Shown: positions 62,168-64,000 of the stretch, in pieces
How positions within the stretch are numbered: the first letter of the stretch is position 1
Layout of the letters: each line of letters starts with the position of its first letter
Origin: Gammaproteobacteria bacterium
GTDB lineage: Bacteria > Pseudomonadota > Gammaproteobacteria > Steroidobacterales > JACDCP01
NCBI GenBank assembly: GCA_035524935.1
Contig: DATLFD010000100.1
Span: forward strand, 57,152-121,151
DNA length: 64,000 nucleotides
Reading direction: 5' to 3'
Translations under genes and position numbers: made by a program
The notes under the pieces: model-generated
Told to the model about the DNA's origin: nothing
What the model saw: only the letters and a program-made list of their open reading frames with translations
Database searches by the model: none

Positions 62168-63021
62168 GCTGCTGCCCTCTTGACGGTTGCAACAAACAGA
62201 TCGGCGATGCTCGGCGTGCGCGGGTCGCCGAGGAGCGCTACACGTTCCCGCTCCACGCCGGAGAACAGGAAGACGGGCCGCCCGAACACCTCGCGCTCGA
62301 AGACCGGGCTCAGCGCACGCGCCGCCGCCGCCTGATCGGGGCGCGTCATGACCTCGACATATTTCGCCGCGAGTTCCTCTACGGTTTCCCGGAGCACGAT
62401 GCGACCACGATCGATGAACACGACGTCGGTCAGGATATGCTCGACCTCCTCGACCTGGTGCGTGGTGAGCAGGATGGTCCGTTCGCCGTCGCAGTAGTCG
62501 CCCAGCAGGGTCGCGTAGAACTGCTTGCGATAGATGATGTCGAGGCCGAGCGTGGGCTCGTCGAGCACCAGAAGCCGTGCGTCCACCGCCATGACCAGCG
62601 CAAGATGAAGCTGCGTGATCATGCCCTTCGACAACGATTTGACGCGGGCCTTGGGCCGCACGTCCGTCGAGGCGAGAAAGGCCTCCGCGCGCGCGGGGTC
62701 GAATTTCGGGTGCACGCCGGCCACGTAGTCGAGCACCTGGCGAACCCGGATCCAGCGCGGGATGACGGCGGTGTCGGTGATGAAGCAGATGTCGCGCATC
62801 AACGCGTGGCGCTCGCGGCGCGGATCTCGGCCCAGGACCTCGAGCGATCCCTGAAAGCTGGTCAGGCCGAGAATGGCCTTGAGTGCCGTGGTCTTGCCCG
62901 CGCCGTTCGGCCCGATCAGGCCGACGATGCGGCCGGAGCCGATGTCCAGATCGATGCCGTCGAGCGCCTGAGTGGCACCGTAGCGCTTGCGGAGATTGCG
63001 CGCCTGGATGACGCTGTTCAT
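62164..63021 (-). CDS. ABC transporter ATP-binding protein
   Basis: Real start MNSVIQARNLRKRYG overlaps the GntR stop. Walker A GPNGAGKTT, signature LSKGMITQ, Walker B LVLDEPTLGLD. Confidence 0.9.
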   Translation of the reverse strand: MNSVIQARNLRKRYGATQALDGIDLDIGSGRIVGLIGPNGAGKTTALKAILGLTSFQGSLEVLGRDPRRERHALMRDICFITDTAVIPRWIRVRQVLDYVAGVHPKFDPARAEAFLASTDVRPKARVKSLSKGMITQLHLALVMAVDARLLVLDEPTLGLDIIYRKQFYATLLGDYCDGERTILLTTHQVEEVEHILTDVVFIDRGRIVLRETVEELAAKYVEVMTRPDQAAAARALSPVFEREVFGRPVFLFSGVERERVALLGDPRTPSIADLFVATVKRAAA

Positions 63022-63404
63022 TCCGGTTTCCTCGATTGCCCGTTCCCCGACTTGCGCGCCCGCTCGAGAAGCTCGCCGGCCTCCAGGCCGAGTCGCTCGA
63101 CGGTGGCCAGGACTTTCGGCCATTCCTCGTCGAGAAAGCGCTTGCGCTCATTCCTGCGCAGGGCCTCGACCGCACCCGGCATTACGAACATGCCGAGCCC
63201 GCGCCGCTTCTCGACCAGGCCCTCATCGACGAGGGCCTGGTAACCTTTGAGCACGGTCAGTGGGTTCAACCGGTACTCGGCCGCTACGTTGCGCACCGAC
63301 GGCAGCGCATCACCGTCTCCGAGCACGCCTTCGAGGATCATGGCCACCACGCGATCGCGCAGTTGACGGTAAATCGGCTGGTTGTCGTCCCAGTTCGGTT
63401 CCAT
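63018..63404 (-). CDS. GntR-family transcriptional regulator, YtrA subfamily
   Basis: 128 aa. PIYRQLRDRVVAMILEG...LPSVRNVAAEYRLNPLTVLKGYQALVDEGLV. The short C-terminal domain is typical of YtrA. Confidence 0.85.
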   Translation of the reverse strand: MEPNWDDNQPIYRQLRDRVVAMILEGVLGDGDALPSVRNVAAEYRLNPLTVLKGYQALVDEGLVEKRRGLGMFVMPGAVEALRRNERKRFLDEEWPKVLATVERLGLEAGELLERARKSGNGQSRKPE

Positions 63405-63437
63405 GAATGCAAGTCCCGGCCGGCGCCCGCCGACCTA

Positions 63438-63477
63438 GTGTTGTACTCAACTATAACACCAAATGGGCGACTTGCAA
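63438..63477 (-). promoter_or_regulatory. sigma70 promoter with overlapping inverted repeat (candidate YtrA operator)
   Basis: The minus strand reads TTGCAA (63477-63472), 16 nt, TATAGT (63455-63450). The dyad GTGTT-N12-AACAC (63438-63459) spans the -10. Confidence 0.5.
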
Positions 63478-63483
63478 GCACCG

Positions 63484-63513
63484 GAGACAACCCTGGCCTC
63501 CAGACCCCGTCGT
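63484..63513 (+). promoter_or_regulatory. candidate ECF-type promoter upstream of the sigma factor gene
   Basis: GAGACAAC, 16 nt, CGTC. This is the AAC/CGT spacing typical of autoregulated ECF promoters. About 125 nt upstream of the ATG. Confidence 0.3.
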
Positions 63514-63637
63514 TTCTACCTTCATGAGCGCAGAGCGAGCAATGCAGGCGCCCGCCTGGGCGGGCCTTCCCGGCGGCCCGTGCAGGAAGCGGCCCGCGCA
63601 GCGGCCCGCGCCATGCCCCGACCCGGCCGTCTTGAGT

Positions 63638-64000
63638 ATGCTGCCTCGCATGACCGCGGCGCCGGACGACAAGGAACTCATGCTGCGTTACCGCGCCGGA
63701 GACGTGGGCGCCTTCGAGGTCCTTTACGGCCGCTACAAGGGCCCGCTGTATCGCTTCATGCTGCGCCAGTGCCGCGACCCCGAGATCGCAGCCGACCTGT
63801 TCCAGGAGGTCTGGAGCCGGGTGATCGGGGCGCGCGAGCGCTACGTCCCCACCGCGCGCTTCAATACCTGGCTCTTCCATATCGCGCATAACTGCTTCAT
63901 CGATCATTACCGGGGGCGCCGGCGCCGCCCTCTCGAGGCAGCAGGCGACGGCGCCCTCGACTGCGCGGAGGACCCCTCGGCCGGCCCGGAGGCGCGCGCC
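63638..64000 (+). CDS. ECF (RpoE-like) sigma-70 family sigma factor, 5' partial (runs off the window)
   Basis: Not in the ORF track because there is no stop in the window. The frame from ATG 63638 (or 63650) reads ...ELMLRYRAGDVGAFEVLYGRYKGPLYRFMLRQCRDPEIAADLFQEVWSRVI...FNTWLFHIAHNCFIDHYR (regions 2.1-2.4). Confidence 0.8.
   Translation, partial: MLPRMTAAPDDKELMLRYRAGDVGAFEVLYGRYKGPLYRFMLRQCRDPEIAADLFQEVWSRVIGARERYVPTARFNTWLFHIAHNCFIDHYRGRRRRPLEAAGDGALDCAEDPSAGPEARA

Noticed and set aside
55486-63175. Over-extended track ORFs 54187..56058, 58978..60297 and 61283..63175
   Set aside because: In each case a signal peptide or TM start with an RBS or a 4-nt stop/start overlap marks the true, shorter gene (starts 55485, 59565 and 62167). 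The extensions overlap the upstream neighbour in another frame and are Arg/Gly/Pro-rich.

Overview
High-GC proteobacterial chromosome segment (gene content suggests a Gammaproteobacterium; this is a guess). It is densely coding, with about 60 supportable CDS, no rRNA or tRNA genes and no CRISPR array. Many long ORFs in the track are antisense or frame artefacts of the high GC content, or 5' over-extensions of real genes. I re-derived starts from RBS, overlap and homology logic.

Gene content, left to right:
- ABC-2/GldG-like/DUF4340 cluster
- compact double-glycine-leader bacteriocin (class II microcin-like) locus: 72-aa precursor, small membrane ORF, CvaA-like adaptor, C39-peptidase ABC exporter
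- PLP decarboxylase, M19 dipeptidase, isoaspartyl peptidase, class IV aminotransferase
- BlaI/BlaR1(TonB_C) sensor pair followed by two tandem paralogous lipoproteins that share an operator-like dyad with blaI
- sigma54-driven MacA/MacB-like efflux operon with its own NtrB/NtrC-type two-component system
- gshA, a ThrC-like enzyme, a bactofilin and an SGDH-cytochrome c fusion
- GDPD/GlpD/FGGY-kinase cluster
- REC-TM-periplasmic-domain protein placed divergently from ydbH and a fused ynbE::ydbL-like gene
- GGDEF-EAL protein
- pspF / pspA-B-C operon with extra PspC-derived modules, running straight into a YbbA/YbbP-like ABC exporter and a truncated AttH-like gene
- two amidohydrolases and a KefC-like antiporter
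- YtrA(GntR)-ABC-BON-DUF4097-DUF4136 operon
- 5' part of an ECF sigma gene

The non-coding layers are unusually rich. They include two REP families, a TA-flanked MITE-like element, and a low-GC palindromic element present both between the kinase and regulator genes and in frame inside the kinase gene.

The best candidate for something undescribed is the microcin-like locus. All family assignments rest on motif recognition by eye; no database search was run.
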